Below, piece by piece: positions 50,551-64,000 of a stretch of DNA of 64,000 nucleotides. The stretch lies in the NCBI GenBank assembly GCA_013239625.1, contig MU053873.1, positions 1,378,524 to 1,442,523 of the forward strand, in the 5' to 3' direction. Both the position numbers and the translations under genes were made by a program. The DNA is from Lama guanicoe (taxonomy: Eukaryota). The notes below the pieces were generated by a model. The model was not told where the DNA came from. It saw nothing but the letters and a program-made list of their open reading frames with translations, and made no database searches. The number at the start of each line of letters is the position of its first letter. The first letter of the stretch is position 1.

Positions 50551-52889
50551 TTGTGAAAGGGAGTTTCAAATATATATATTTACTTTTTGGTTGCTGTGGT
50601 CTATTATAAGCAAATCTGTATTTAAACTTCTTTTTATTTCCAAATATGATTTCACCATAGTTCTAGAGTCACATTGAACATATGTTTCAATTCTGATTCA
50701 GTAAAATGATAGCTTTTTCTCTTAAATCTGTACCATATATTATTTTTTCTAATAAAAATTATAATTGCTTATCTACATGCCTTCAAAGGATCATCTCCAC
50801 TTTTCTATAATTGTTTCTTCGTTTAAAATTTCTCTTATTTACCTCAAGGAAATTTCATTTATGTGATATTGTTTTTCTTTTGTCATTTAAAGAATGTGTT
50901 AATTAAACTCAGACCCAATACCAGCCCTGGCACATGCAGCAGACCTTCCTCCATTTGGCATGTTTTCCTTTATCATTTTCCTGTGTGATCTCAGAGCCAC
51001 TTTTCAATCCATCTGGCAGTGCTAATAGTAGGCCAGTTTTAATTAAGCTTGTGAATTAGACTCTGAGACCCTGTTTTACTAGAATATAGTTTTAGATCAT
51101 TGATTTTGCCATAATTCAACAAATTATGCAGTTAAAATATCAAAAGTAAATTAAAGACTTGATCAAAGTCTGCACAACCTGACTACATGTTTTCTAGAAG
51201 TTGTAAATATTGTACTGGTTATTGCTTATTACTACATTTACTTCAAAGGAAGATATTTCTTGAAATTTCTATACAAAATCTGAAATTGAACTATACAGAT
51301 TGTGAATTTATTGGACAATGAGCAGAATTTTGCTCCACTTTTGCTGCTTAGATCATTGCATATTCACTTTTCCTCCTCAGGGGCTGGCTTATATCTCTGA
51401 CCTGCCTGTCCTTCTCCCCTCAGTTCTTTCCCCTCCCTACCCACTAATATAAATATTTGGACAGACAACCTTGGCTTTTGAGATACTTGTTCCTGTTCTG
51501 TCTTGATTGTCTACGTTGCCCTTGCATCTCTGAAGCACATGCCTTTGGGTGGTTTGTCTTCGGTGAGAATGCTTTTCTCACCATGGCTAACTCTGCTGCA
51601 GTTTTCACCTCAGAACTGACTTCTCAATCCTGAGATATCTAGTCTGACGAGAACCAGCTCCTTAGAACGTAGCACGTTGGGCTCTTCTCACACTCTCCAT
51701 CACCTTACATGATTTTAAAGGGTTGGATTTAGCATCCCAGATGTTTCAAATATTCCTTCCTGCAGGCTCTCCCCAGTTACAGGCTGATCAACTTCAGATT
51801 TACTGTTGCTCTCTAGAGAGCTGTGCTGCATCTGTGCAGGGTGTTTGTTTCTGAAAGGTCATTTCCTGGTGTGAATTCCAACCACAGGAGATCAAGCCAG
51901 AGTACAGCCTTTTTTCTCTTGTGTACTCATTTTCTGTGGAAGAGAAATTAAGTTTCCATTTAGATGCGCTGCACATAAAAGTGTACAAAAATCAGATGAT
52001 GATGTGACATATTAATGACTGACAGACAGAAATAGGTGAAAATAAGAATACTTAAGCTCATCTAAGCTTTATATGTGTCTTGGTTTCATAGTGAATTACG
52101 TAGAGAATTGTTTTTGAGTTTGAATTAGTCAGTAGTTTATCTTTCTCCTCATTGTTTGTCATATCCCCTTCAAAGCTTAAAGATAACAGCTTTCCACCTC
52201 TCTGTTGGTTTTTGTGTCATTTGGCTGTCATTGTCCTTTGCTTTTGAACAACCCAAAGCAAATAGTCCTCCTTAATTTATTCTGCTGTCAGTATATCATA
52301 AATGATAATGGTCCAGTTCATGGGAATGGTGGGGAGAAGTGGCCCAGTTGTTTTTTCTTGAACCCTCAGTCTTAGTTAAAAATTTCTAAAAACATAGATT
52401 TGTTTCTTTAGGATCCTAAATAATTTTGACAAGGTATTTTGAAGTATAAAGCATTCCTCCTGCATTATACATTTAAAATAAGTTTTCCTATAACAAAATT
52501 GATTATCTTTTAACCCCTGTGGCTGCCTTCCAGGCTGCTTCTGGTATCAGTATAAGTACCAGAGTTCACTATAGCATTTATGCTTCTATCTCTCAGTATT
52601 TCATGAAAATAAAATCCAATTCACATTGGATTTTCAGTAATACATCAAATGCCTAGAAACAGTCTGATCTTAAAGGAGTCATTATGCATGTTGGTGCCCT
52701 CATTCTTCATAGAAGCCCATGTGAATGTGCTCCCAGTCATTAGATCTAAATAATGCAGCAAGTGAGATGATAAAAAGCTGACAATTAAGGGTTTAGATAA
52801 AACATTTTAAATGGAGAAAGTTTGCCTACAACTGTTTTGCATTTCTGTTTGCTTGCAGCCTACCTGGCCCATTCCCTGCCCATCCCCTA

Positions 52890-53450
52890 CCCATTCTGTC
52901 ACCAAGCATCCCCATTCCTAAATACAGAGATGGCATTATAGAAGAACACAGTATGTGCTGAAACAGAAATAAACAGAAGAGTGATATAGTAAGAACTTTA
53001 ACTCTGAGAGCAGGGCTGGCACTAAGAAAGCAGTAAAATTTTGTCAGGTGGAGGAAGGCTGGGGGAAGATTATTCTGGCACAGATCTGTGAAAACACTTG
53101 GCATACATGGTAGGTAGAGAAGATCACTGTGGCAGGATCTTAATGAGTTTGGTGGAAAGCTGTAAGGAAGGCAGGGCAGGAAAGAGAGAGTGAGTCATGC
53201 TGTGAAGGCTTTGAATGCCAAGATAAGGAGTTTTGGGTTTGTTTAGGAGCCAGTCAACCTCCAAGGAATGTTTTCCAGACTTAACAGAGATGATCATCTT
53301 TTCTCTCTGTGTCTCCTTCTGGCTTCATGGTAGAAGGTGAACTGGAAAGAAGTAGCTGTGGAGAAGGGGGCAGCAGGAAGACCTGCTACTACCTGAGGCA
53401 CTTGGCAGTAGTTCTGATCAAGGGGTAACGAAGCTGAACTGAGATGTTGA
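52890..53450 (-). mobile_element. LINE-2 fragment
   Basis: GAAGGCTTTGAATGCCAAGATAAGGAGTTT and related L2 internal motifs. Confidence 0.55.
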
Positions 53451-54874
53451 TCCTGACCGCCTGGCACAGCCTTCATTCATCTTCTGTGTGACAGATCTTC
53501 AGATGTCTGAAAGACAGATCTTGTGTCCTTTATCAAGGTGTGCATTTGGAGAACTTATGAAGTCCCCGGTTCCCTCTCTCACTAGGTTTCAGAGTCAGCG
53601 ACTTGTCAGCCTGCCTGGAGAACTTGGCCTTACGAGTCTCTTCTTATCACTTTGTGTGACTGCACTATTCTTATTACTTTGAAATTATAATGCTTTAAAA
53701 TATTTGATTATTTTGAAATAACATTGATGTGGGGCCTTTATTTTAGGAAACTCCAGCAGGGCCTACAACTTTTGGAGAGTGGGATTCTGGAGACTTGTGT
53801 GTTATGATTCACTTTGCCAGATCTCAGACTGGCAACTTTGGTTTTAGTTGTTTCCCATAACTATTACAAGGAAAACTTAAATGATTCAGATGTTACATTT
53901 GTTTCTGCTTGGATACTGGTACCTGGTTGTAGTATTTGTGGTTCCTATAGTGGTTAGAACTATTCTTTTTTAAGGCACTACTTTCACTGCTTTTGGAACT
54001 GAGATTAGTAGTGAAGACCATTAAACTGACATAACTGTCCCTGTGAAAGTAGGACTTTCTTGCAGGCATCATTTAATCCTGTGCCTTTTTGGAAAGGTTG
54101 AAATTCTCATTTAGTTGTCCAGGTACATGGTGCTATCTTATAAGCACTGGTTCCTGACAAACTCTTGATCTGGAATTTTGCTGAATCTGTTTAAAAAAAT
54201 AATGCATTATGAACAGATTTTCATTAGAATATTAAAAAAAATTTACCTGTAGACAAGAGAATTTAGTCCTTTACTTTTTTAAAAGAAACTTGAAAATAAA
54301 GGAATTGAGTAAAAATGAAGCCTTATCCATAGCATACCCAAGTTACTGTTTTAGAAACAGTTGTTTGGATTGTCTTTATGTTTTATTTTAATTCCATACA
54401 CGGTGAGGAGAATTATTGGTGAAAAAGTTGTCTACTGAAGTTTGTATCATTAAAGATGAAATTATTTTCTTTTGAAAAGATTGAAAAAGAAAGAATTCTA
54501 CCCTATGTATTCACTTTGATAGTTCACTAAATTACCATTTTTGTCTATTTTTAGGCATTTTATCTTTTAATCCTCACAAATGTATCCTAAACTGTTCATT
54601 TAAACACATTCTTGATTGTGTTTAAATACCAGTTCTGTTATCCTTGTTCTGCTTTAGCCTCTTGTGGGCTCCTCCCAACCTAGTAGGCTACTCTCTTTTT
54701 CTTCCATGAGCTCGCTCTTTCTGAGTCTAGAGATCGCAATTTCCTCTTCTCTCTCACAGTAATACAATCAATCAATGTTCCTTCTCACCATGAAATGTTT
54801 TCTAGAGTTCCATAATTTATTTTTATTCATTATTTAGCATGTTTCTGATAAAGCCTATGTGACTTAAAATGAAG

Positions 54875-55330
54875 ATAAACTGGAGTATGCTCAGGATAGC
54901 CACCACAACCAAGACAATGGATGACAGCGGTGGCTTTTAAACTATTTCAAATGAAGAATGATGGAAGGAAATGGATCTCTTTAATAGTAGGAATGGGCAT
55001 GTAATGTTGCCCTTAAGTATTTGAAGGATTATCATGTGAAAGAGGAATTAACTGTGTTCCACCTTGCTTAAAAGGTATGCAGGGGGTAAATTTTATGTCT
55101 TAAAAAAATAGTGGAAGGAGCAGTTGGTGGAAATGACAGGGACATGTTTTGACTTATTTGTTTAATAAAAAGGAGAACTTTCAAATAGTTAGAATGGCCT
55201 CAAGATGTGAAGCTTTCCCTCTGGAAGGAGTGAGTTTTCTGTTAGTGAAGGTGTTCAGCTATGTACGATAGGACTTAGGCATCAGGTTGAAATAGATGAC
55301 CTCTACCCCGGATTTCTTTGATTCTGAAAG
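54875..55330 (+). mobile_element. CR1/L3 LINE 3' end
   Basis: AAGTATTTGAAGGATTATCATGTGAAAGAGG ... AGGAGAACTTTCAAATAGTTAGA ... TAGATGACCTCT ... GATTCT. Confidence 0.65.
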
Positions 55331-58309
55331 ATGCACTCTTCTCAGCTCTTTAATAATATAGGAGTCAGTAAATAATAGGCATGATTAGGAGACTGACCTC
55401 TTTTTTAGTTTTAAGTTTAGAACCATATCATTTAACAGTTGTTATTTCTCTTCCCATGATTATCACCAATTTTTCACAGCAGGAGAAGGGTGGAGTGAAA
55501 CTCCCACATCTTGAAGGCGGATATTGTATAACATTGCAAGGAGGACCAGGAAGCAAGGATAAGAGTCATAAATTGCAGCTGGGAGCTTGGAACTGATTCC
55601 TTTACTCTGCGGTAGCTCAGAAAGGATTCAGCTCCAAGTTTAATGAACAGTGAAACATGATCTGAAGAAATTCTGTGCAAGAAATACTCTGTTGCCTGGT
55701 TCTTAAATGACTTGTAGTAACTGTACCTTCTGCTCTACTTGAGTAGCAGTTCTCTTTGTTCACCTTCTCTTTCAAGAGTTTAAGGTGATAGTTCAGGATT
55801 CGCTTGAAAAGCTAGTTTTAATTGCAGGTTAATTTCCAGCACATGTTGGTGGCCTGTGGTCATTGCAGAGCAGATGTAGAAAAGTACTGGCTTTAAAACT
55901 GAGCTTTTAAAATAAAAGTTGGGACTTTTTCCTCAGAGTCTTTGCTGATTGTGTGTATTATGAAATGAAACATTACTTTGAGACTCGTGGAATCTTCTCA
56001 GTGGAAGGGACCTTAGAAGACACCTGATCTTATCTCCTTGTTCTTCCTGAGGAACTAAAACAATTAATTGGGAAACAGAACTGGAAAGTCGTATGTTTGC
56101 CATGTACGATGGTGATATTTTAGAACTTCCATTATTTATTATTATTTTCTTCAATCCTTTGCAACTTTTAGGAAGTCTGCTTCATAGCATCTTATTAATT
56201 AAGTCTACTCTATAAAAATGCAATTACAAAACAGGAAAAACAAAAACTATAGCTGAGTTTACAGTAATCCTTCCGTAATGTAACCAAGTTATAAGAGAGA
56301 TGATTAAAATATAAGTGCGATTACTAAGAATTGACAAACACCGTTTCTGGAATACTATTATTGAGCAGAATCAGCTGTACTTCTACTTGTCATTTTAAGA
56401 GTTGACACCCTGTGGCCTTAACTTCTCTATCCAGCTCACGTCCCTTAGAGAAGATGCTGACTCAGTGGCATTGAACTCGTTTCCTTGGGTTGTGTACTTC
56501 GCATTATGCCAGATCTAAGAGAGTGGCCTTTTGGTCATTAAGCACCAGTAGAAGTAATTGGTTATGTAAGAACTAGAAAAATAGAGGAGATAAGACATTT
56601 GTCACAAGGGTGAGTCAGTCCTTGTATTCATTATCTGTGCAAGTCAAAGTGCATATTATACCACAAAAATACCTAGACAAAAAATGTTATTGTGCCTGGT
56701 AATGATTGTAAGTTTTTTCTTTCTGGTAAAGTAAGACTAGAGCTCTCAAAAATTTAATCAGTGAAGCAATTAAATGGATTACTAAGCCACACCTACCTTG
56801 ACCCTCAGCCTTGTAGTCAAAAGACATTCTGTCTTGTCCAAACACCAAAACCTCATGTAAAACACTGTGTGCGCGTGGGTGCGTGTGTGTGTGTACATAT
56901 ATAACAATTCTTTTCGTGTTCTTAAACCTTGGAGCCCAGGGAGCCTTGGCATGCTCGGCAGGCATGCCAAGGAAGAACCTTTTTCATCACAGCCTTGAAG
57001 AAATACCAGGTAGAGACTACCATAAACCTTGGAAACAAGCATTGTTATGCTTGTGTTTGTTTTTCTCCCTCCTACTGTCTCCAGATGTATCTTTGTCCCA
57101 GGTCTAGGAAAGATTAGATGGGCTGGAAGAGAATTCTGTTGCTTTTCTTCCCAATTAGACCAGAAAATAAGTTACAGTAAATGAATTTATTCTAGTATGC
57201 CATTTTGTTTGATGTATTTGCTTTCAGTAGGCAGATAGGAACTCACCTATGAAGTTCCAATATGGATAGTACTTATCTAGCTGCTGAAATATAAAATATG
57301 TTCCTTTTTAGTTGTTGCTTTTTAACAGATTTCAATCTTGCTTCAGGCAGGCCACATACATACCTTTTTAACACAGAATTTCTAGAGCATGTACCTCCTT
57401 GGAGGGCCCTGTAAATACTTCTGTAAATTTGTTAACAACCTTCTCAGAGGTTTAAAGCATTTCCATGAGTTAATGATAAACTGACAACAACCTCATTGCC
57501 AACAGGGTGTGAAGCACAGAATATAGCTCCATTGTGAGTCCTGTTTCTTGTCTGAGGGGAGGGCCTAGTGGAGGCAGAGCACATACTCCCCAGGTTAGCC
57601 AGAAGCCTGAGGTTAGCACCTGGGACTGCCGATGTTCTCATTAGGTATTCTGAGACGTTGAAATTTAGAGACTTGTTTCTGAGATGAAACATTTCTCCAT
57701 TGTTAGATGTTTGCTAGTGCCAGTTGTGAACTTTTAAAGTGGCAAATGATACCAAAGTTTCTGATTGTCTTTCTGGGTGTCTCCAGGATTGTATTGCTGA
57801 ATCCCAGTGGAAACTGCATTTCTTAGGCCCACAAGGCTGTTCCTCTGCTACGCAGCAGGGACAGGCTCTTCCCCATCTGTCTCAATCATAGATTTCCCCC
57901 TGAAATTCAGGAAAACGTTTGCCATGTTAAGTCATTAACAACTGTTTCAAAACAGTCTGATTTCTAACAGTTGGTGCATGTGGAGATACCTAATTAAAAT
58001 AATTCCAGTCTTGTTAATAAGATAAGTGTGTTTTCTAGTTGCTATGGGATTATTGCTATCAAATACAAAGGGCATGAGATTTAGCTGAGAGAAGTATGCT
58101 TGTATTCCCGTCCCTTTACCAATTTCATTGTAACTTAAGAGTTTAAATCATTTTTTCTTATTTTCATTCCGGTGAATGGAAAAGGTAACTTGGAGAAATG
58201 TTATGGAAAAGAGTACTAACAACAGATGTATTAACTGTAAATTCCACAGGATATTTGGCTACCTAGTGAAGTTCATAGAAATTGAAATGCTAATACATGG
58301 TGAAATAGC

Positions 58310-58570
58310 CTCTTGTCTGAACTATCCACCTACCGCCATCTTTTGCATGTCCTTCGGTGGAAATTGATCTCTTCTTTCTCTGAACTCCCAGAGTGCTTTA
58401 TCTTTATCCTTCTTATGGTACTTTCCACTTTCTGCTATTCATATACACACGTTTTATAAGTGCTTCTTAAAGGCAGGCTGTGTGACCAATCACTGTCTTA
58501 TCTCCTATGGAGCCTAGTGTAGTGGCTTGCACATTGTGGTTTACTCAGTAACATTTGTTGCGTAAATGAT
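58310..58570 (+). mobile_element. LINE-2 3' fragment
   Basis: TCTCTGAACTCCCAGAGTGCTTT ... GAGCCTAGTGTAGTGGCTTGCACATTG ... CTCAGTAACATTTGTTG. Confidence 0.65.
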
Positions 58571-60709
58571 CAGTAGAAAGAAATAACATTTTACCATTGA
58601 CTTTATTTTATATAATTGCTTGAGAAGGGACTTAGAACCTGTTCTTAGGTACATAAGGATGTTTTTATTTTTAAATCTCAAAAACACTAAATCATAATCA
58701 TTATGCAACTTCTGTATGTTATATGAGAAGAAACTGACATATGATCCTCTGAGCAGAATCAACAAAATCTTGCAGACTGAATACCAAGTATACAAGTGCT
58801 CTTCAAGAAAACCCTGTACGAAAACAGAATTCTTCATTAATTGTACAGAGTCCAGAGCTATCACTAAAGTCTCCTGTCTTGACAAGACACACTATTAAAT
58901 GGTAAACTAATGGGCAGGCAGAATAAAACTTGCCGTGCATTTGAGGAGTTATTAGAAAACAAAATATCTCATCAAGCCCTGCCACCATCAGTCATTGGTC
59001 ATTCCCAGCCCTGTATGACTCTGAAAACAAATTCTACCACTGCTCCCTGATACTTTTCTGACCCTTGGTGGTGATCATTATCATCTCGCTTCCCCAAACC
59101 CCATCTTCCTTAAAGCTCTGCTCTCCTGGACAATTCTCATAAAATGAACATTAGGATTTTGGCAACTAATGATAATGCCATTGTTCTCGTTCCTAGTAAG
59201 AAGTCATATAGGGATACCTGAGAAGATAGAAAGAAAATCAGGGGTGGGTGGGAAGGAGGTGATAGAATGAATGACTGGAGAGAGGGAGGAAACTGGAGGT
59301 TGGGTGCTGGGATGCAGGCTGTGAGTGAGAAGCAGCACAGGAGAGCACGGGGTGGGCTGACAGGCAGGCCTGTGCTTGGAGAGGATAACAAGTGTGTGTA
59401 GAACTGGTCCACATCTGCCAGCATCATTCCTCTTTGTGTATATGTCTTTAAAACAATGCATATATTCTAGTTTTTTTCCATCTTACTAATATTCAGGGTG
59501 TCTTTTTGTTAGTGATTGCATGTCCTTCTTCTGGAGCCTGATATTTCAGAAGCAAAGGGATCAAAAGCCAAGCCACAGTCATGTGAAGATGGAAGCTTAT
59601 TACTTCAGGTTTTTGGGCAGATGTTTCTTTACTTAAAAATTATGTCTGTCTTCCCTATTGCCTTTCCATCTCTGGCTGACCTCCTTAGACCTGTGGTGTG
59701 AATGGCCACAGAGATTGTTTTCATGACAAAATGAAACCCATCACTGCTTTGAACCACGCAAAGCTGCTTACCTCTGATGGCAAGAAGCCAAGTAAAATCT
59801 GTCTAAGGCTCTCCTGTACCTCCCACACCCTTATTATATGTGAAGCAGAAGAAACAGAGCATTTGTGAGATAGGATGCTGTTTAGAATCAAGAGACAGCT
59901 TTGATTTGCTGCTGTGTATGTTGGGAGTCAAAGAGATTCTGATGTAACGCTTCTTCTGAAGCACTTGGGCGAGGTGGCTGGAGGAAGGGTAAAATGGGCC
60001 TTCATGGAGACATCTCACTCACGGTGGTATCTTTACAGAGGGCCTAAAACAGGAACAAGTGTTAACCACGCTTTGACTTTAGAATCCCAAATCCTGTTTT
60101 ACAATGAGGAGCGCAGAGCGGTTGTTTGCTTGGTGAGCTGAATGAGCAGTTCTCTTCCGTGTCCCATTGCAGACCTTAGTATCGCTTATATTACAGGGAG
60201 GTAACAACTTTGTTCGTAACCTGACAGTCTGTGGCTAAGACAAAATGTTTGGAGCCTGGTTTTTTTCCCCACGTGTCAGCCTTGTAGCAGTCATGTGTAG
60301 GAGCTAGCACTGGTAATGATAAATGACTGGCTGGTAGCAAAGAACAATGTTCATATTCTGTGTTACATCTGGTGAGTTTGGCAAGAGCCTGTTGGTAAAT
60401 TTTGTGTATGCCTCTTGGTTTTTTCTAATGAACAGACTGATGTACAATTAAAAGATACAAAAGCACAATATCTGTTACCTTTGAGATCGACTACCTCCGT
60501 AGGTTAAATTACCTTCTGGAGACTGGGAGATTGTATACACGTTGTGCAGACCTGTTACTAGTCTGATCACAGAATAATCAGACTTATACTAAAAAGAACA
60601 TCTGAAAATCTTGGTTATAAGAGCATGATTGGAGATAAAACTTCTGAAATTCTTTTCGAGTTTCACAGATGAAGCACACAAATTGGAGAAAAATTGTCAA
60701 TGCTAGTGA

Positions 60710-60925
60710 CAATGATAGCTACCACTTACTGAGCACTTCTGGCGAGCTAGGCACTGTGCTGACATCATTACCTACTTCCCATCCTAATCATATTGTCAGA
60801 GGGTTTTAGAATGACTGTTTTACAGATACTAAGGATACAGGATACTAAGACTGGGTCAGTAACTTGCTGACGACCATGAAATTAGCAAATAGTGACCTGG
60901 GATTTGAACCTGGATCTGTCTGGCC
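60710..60925 (-). mobile_element. MIR SINE
   Basis: ATAGCTACCACTTACTGAGCACTT ... TTTTACAGAT ... CTGGGATTTGAACCTGGATCTGTCTG. Confidence 0.8.
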
Positions 60926-61844
60926 CAGGTGTGCTGCACAGTTTCTGTAGTTGTGTGCTTTAGGATGGAAAACGATTACAGACAGGCCTACAAAGAAGTA
61001 ATGCCAAAACTTCTAAGGCATTGGAGCCTAGAAAGCAGCCCTTTCAACACATTATCAAAGATCACAAACCAACAACATGTGATGATCAGATTGAATTACA
61101 GAGTGAGTTACTTAGCTAACACCCTGGGGTAATTTCAGGTAACAGAAAGTATTAATAGTTTTTATTTTTGCATATGCCACCACAGGATTTTTAATGAACT
61201 GATTTTCTGTGCTTTAAAAATGACAGTGTTTGTAAACCCTGTGTCTCCTGTCACTGCATTAGGCATTATTCATTGCAGACACTGGGAACTTGTTTTCCTC
61301 CTTCATCCGTCTGTTGCTGCTACTGGAAACAGATGTTCCCATAAGCCTACCATCCCGGTGCTTCCTCTGACAAGCCTGTATAAAGTGGGGGTATTGTGCT
61401 TGCTCTTCCTACTCAGCCATTTCAAGGGTCAAACCGAAGACTTCAGTCTCCAGTGCATCAGCATTTATATATAGACGTACTCTGGGAGCTCCTATTTAAG
61501 TGTAATTAGCACTGAAATCAGACTTTAAATTTGGACTAAGGGTGGAGGAACTTGACCAGTAAGCAGATGGGTAGGAGATCCTGGCTTTTATCTAAGAAAA
61601 GGGGCAATTAAAAAATCTTGTGTCTGAAACATAGCAGCTATGAATTAAATGCACAGATCTTCTCCAACAAGTTGATATTTAGGTTTGACGTCATGGATCA
61701 CTAAATTAGTTGATTATGTCTGTTCTGTGATGAGTCTAATGGTTTAATTTGATAATGGATGACTTTGATCTTTATTAGGAAGCTTTAGCCCATTGAGAAT
61801 ATTAATCTGAGCTGGGTAAAGTGATGAGTTGTAGTTGGTGGTAG

Positions 61845-61943
61845 TTCTTCATCCTCTTCTTCCTGTTCTTCCTCTTCTCTTCTTCCTCTCCCTCTCCCCT
61901 CTTCTCCCCCTCCCCCGTTCCTTTCCTTGTTCCTCTTCCTCTT
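61845..61943. repeat. Polypyrimidine (TCC/TTC)n low-complexity tract
   Basis: About 100 nt almost entirely C/T. Confidence 0.9.
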
Positions 61944-63199
61944 AGGGACATTTTATGATTTAAAAACCTTATTGATAGGCAAATAAAGAGACAATATTAA
62001 CTTGAGAATAATTATCCTGACACTGGGGATGTGTGATGTGTGCCTGTTTACTGCTCATCATAATACTTCCACGCTGGGGGCTTCAACAAATACTTGGGAA
62101 TGAATGAAGGGGTACAAATATATTTCTGAATCTGACTTCTCTGAATTTCTTTTAAGCACATTTAAAAGCTTTGGTTTTTATTTTTATTTTGACCATATGA
62201 CTTGAATAATCACTGAGTGGACAGTAACCCTGTTGCTGCTAATCTGAGGAGGTGCCTTTAATGGAAGGGCCAGTTCAGCCATTATGTATTTACTTCCCTC
62301 TTATTGGTTCCCTGACTGGCTATAATGTGGCTTTGAATTTTCCCATTGTTTCTCCTTTTATCTGGCCCTCTACCAACCTTTCTTTCTGCTTCTGTAGCAC
62401 ATCTTGTGTTATCTTCCTTATCATCCCTCCCTGATCCCCCTTGTTCTACTTTGACTACTTCTATCTTCTTTCTCAACTCACATATAAATGTGAATTAAAG
62501 AAGCTGAAACATTAATTTAAAATAAGAATAAAACTTATGCTATTTCATTGTTTGATAAATATGTATTTGTATTTTTTAATGTTTCAGAGTCTTAAAAGTT
62601 GAAGAAATTAAATTAGATCTTGTTGGATTTCTTATGTACACACACTTGTTTAGAATATAGAAGGCTGAAAGAGTAATCCTAGAAATATATTAATAAGTGG
62701 CCCAAGAAGTTGGCACTACTGCTCTTACCATCTGGATTATCCTATGTATTTTAGCCAGTATTTATATTTAGATCTTCTCGATCAGTCTGGAGAATATGGC
62801 CTCTAATTTAAAGGTTCTATTTTTTCCAGATTTAGGATGAATTGCTTACTAATTCAAAGACTTTGCTTTGCATTAAGCTTTTTATGTGTATGATAAGGAA
62901 ATGTTTCCAAGTGCAAGGTGGTGGTGCTGTTGCTACCACTGCTGCTGCTACTAATACTACCATATACAACTCTATGTACAGTGGGGCTTAGAGGAGGAGC
63001 ACTTTTTGAGCTATTGAACAGAAGGACTTGAGCTATGCAGATTTGCAAAGGGAAGAAAGTAGGTTATATTGGGCTTGGAAGAGGCAGCTTAAAGTAAAAA
63101 ATTTGTTGATGATAATTCTAGATTTGATACTAATTTAGACAAACCAGCTGGGATCATCTGGGACATCTCAGTTTGGTCTGGGTATCAGATAAGATGAAA

Positions 63200-63460
63200 A
63201 CTTACTGAAATGGAAACATAAAACCTTTAAAAATCAGATTACAGAAGAACGTGTAGAATATAATGTTATCTTGGTGAAAATATGTGCATGAATATGTGCA
63301 TATGGGGCAAAGGGAAAGACCCAGCAGGGTATATACATCAAGATGTTAACATTGTTCATCTCTGGATGATGGGAATGTGAAGTGTTTATTTAGAAATTTT
63401 TTGCTAATCTGTATTTTCTAATTTTCTACAGTGCACATGCTTCTACTATTATAAGAGAAA
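63200..63460 (+). mobile_element. Ancient L1 (L1MC/ME-like) 3' fragment
   Basis: ATATACATCAAGATGTTAACATTGTTCATCTCTGG ... TGTATTTTCTAATTTTCTACAGTG. Confidence 0.55.
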
Positions 63461-64000
63461 GTTGTCTTGAGAAGTGGTTGTTGAAGGGGAATATCTTGTA
63501 GAGTCTCCTTTTGGTATAGGATGAGGATGACTGTGGCGGTGGGGCCAGGTGAGGCAGGACAAGAGACTGAGTGCCCTGAAGGCTTAAATACAGTGACTCT
63601 GATAATACAAAACATAAAGAATAAAAAACTTATTATCTTTTGACTGATAGTATTTAAGGTAAATTTATCAACTTGTGTGATTATGAGCAATTTACCTTCC
63701 TAATTATGTTTTAGAGTGATAATAGAATTAATTTCTATTCTCAGATTATACACAGATTGTAGTGGAAAGAACTCAGAAATGAGCTGGGTGGCTGGAGAAG
63801 CCAGCTTGGGATTTAAATTTTACAGAGATAATGCAGAGTTCATGGTATTAAGAGTTTGGCAAAAATCCCCAGGAGTTAAGAAATTTCAAACAAAGGCTGA
63901 CAGGAGACAGTTGGCTGGGAAATGAAAAAGTCTGGTAGAGTTGAAATGCATTATATATTAGGATCATCAGCAATGCAATGAATTTTCCTTACCAAATCAC

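Overview
Mammalian genomic DNA, most likely camelid: two tRNA-derived Vic-1-like SINEs are present, and I recognised no Alu, Bov-tA, PRE-1 or SINEC elements. The window looks like deep intronic sequence of a large + strand gene, which I cannot name. It is AT-rich, dense in ancient MIR, L2, L3, MaLR and hAT repeats, and most L1 copies are on the - strand. Three things stand out. (1) A full-length, apparently intact LINE-1 on the - strand (~27889-35056) with a CpG-rich 5'UTR, ORF1 (300 aa), a ~400-bp inter-ORF spacer, ORF2 (1265 aa) and a short 3'UTR. It has two nested pairs of direct repeats and two poly(A) tails, so it appears to carry its parent's target-site duplication at both ends, a barcode for the source locus. 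Its spacer holds a strong splice acceptor and a 73-codon ORF overlapping the ORF2 AUG, and its 5'UTR holds an antisense AUG-initiated ORF. (2) A CpG island (~17740-18970) with a perfect splice donor after a short coding start (MAAPEE), probably an internal alternative first exon with a uORF-rich leader. (3) Several 5'-truncated L1 insertions with clean TSDs. Old-repeat boundaries are approximate and their family names come from memory of consensus motifs, not from a search. I found no non-transposon novel system; nearly all other short ORFs in the track are spurious.
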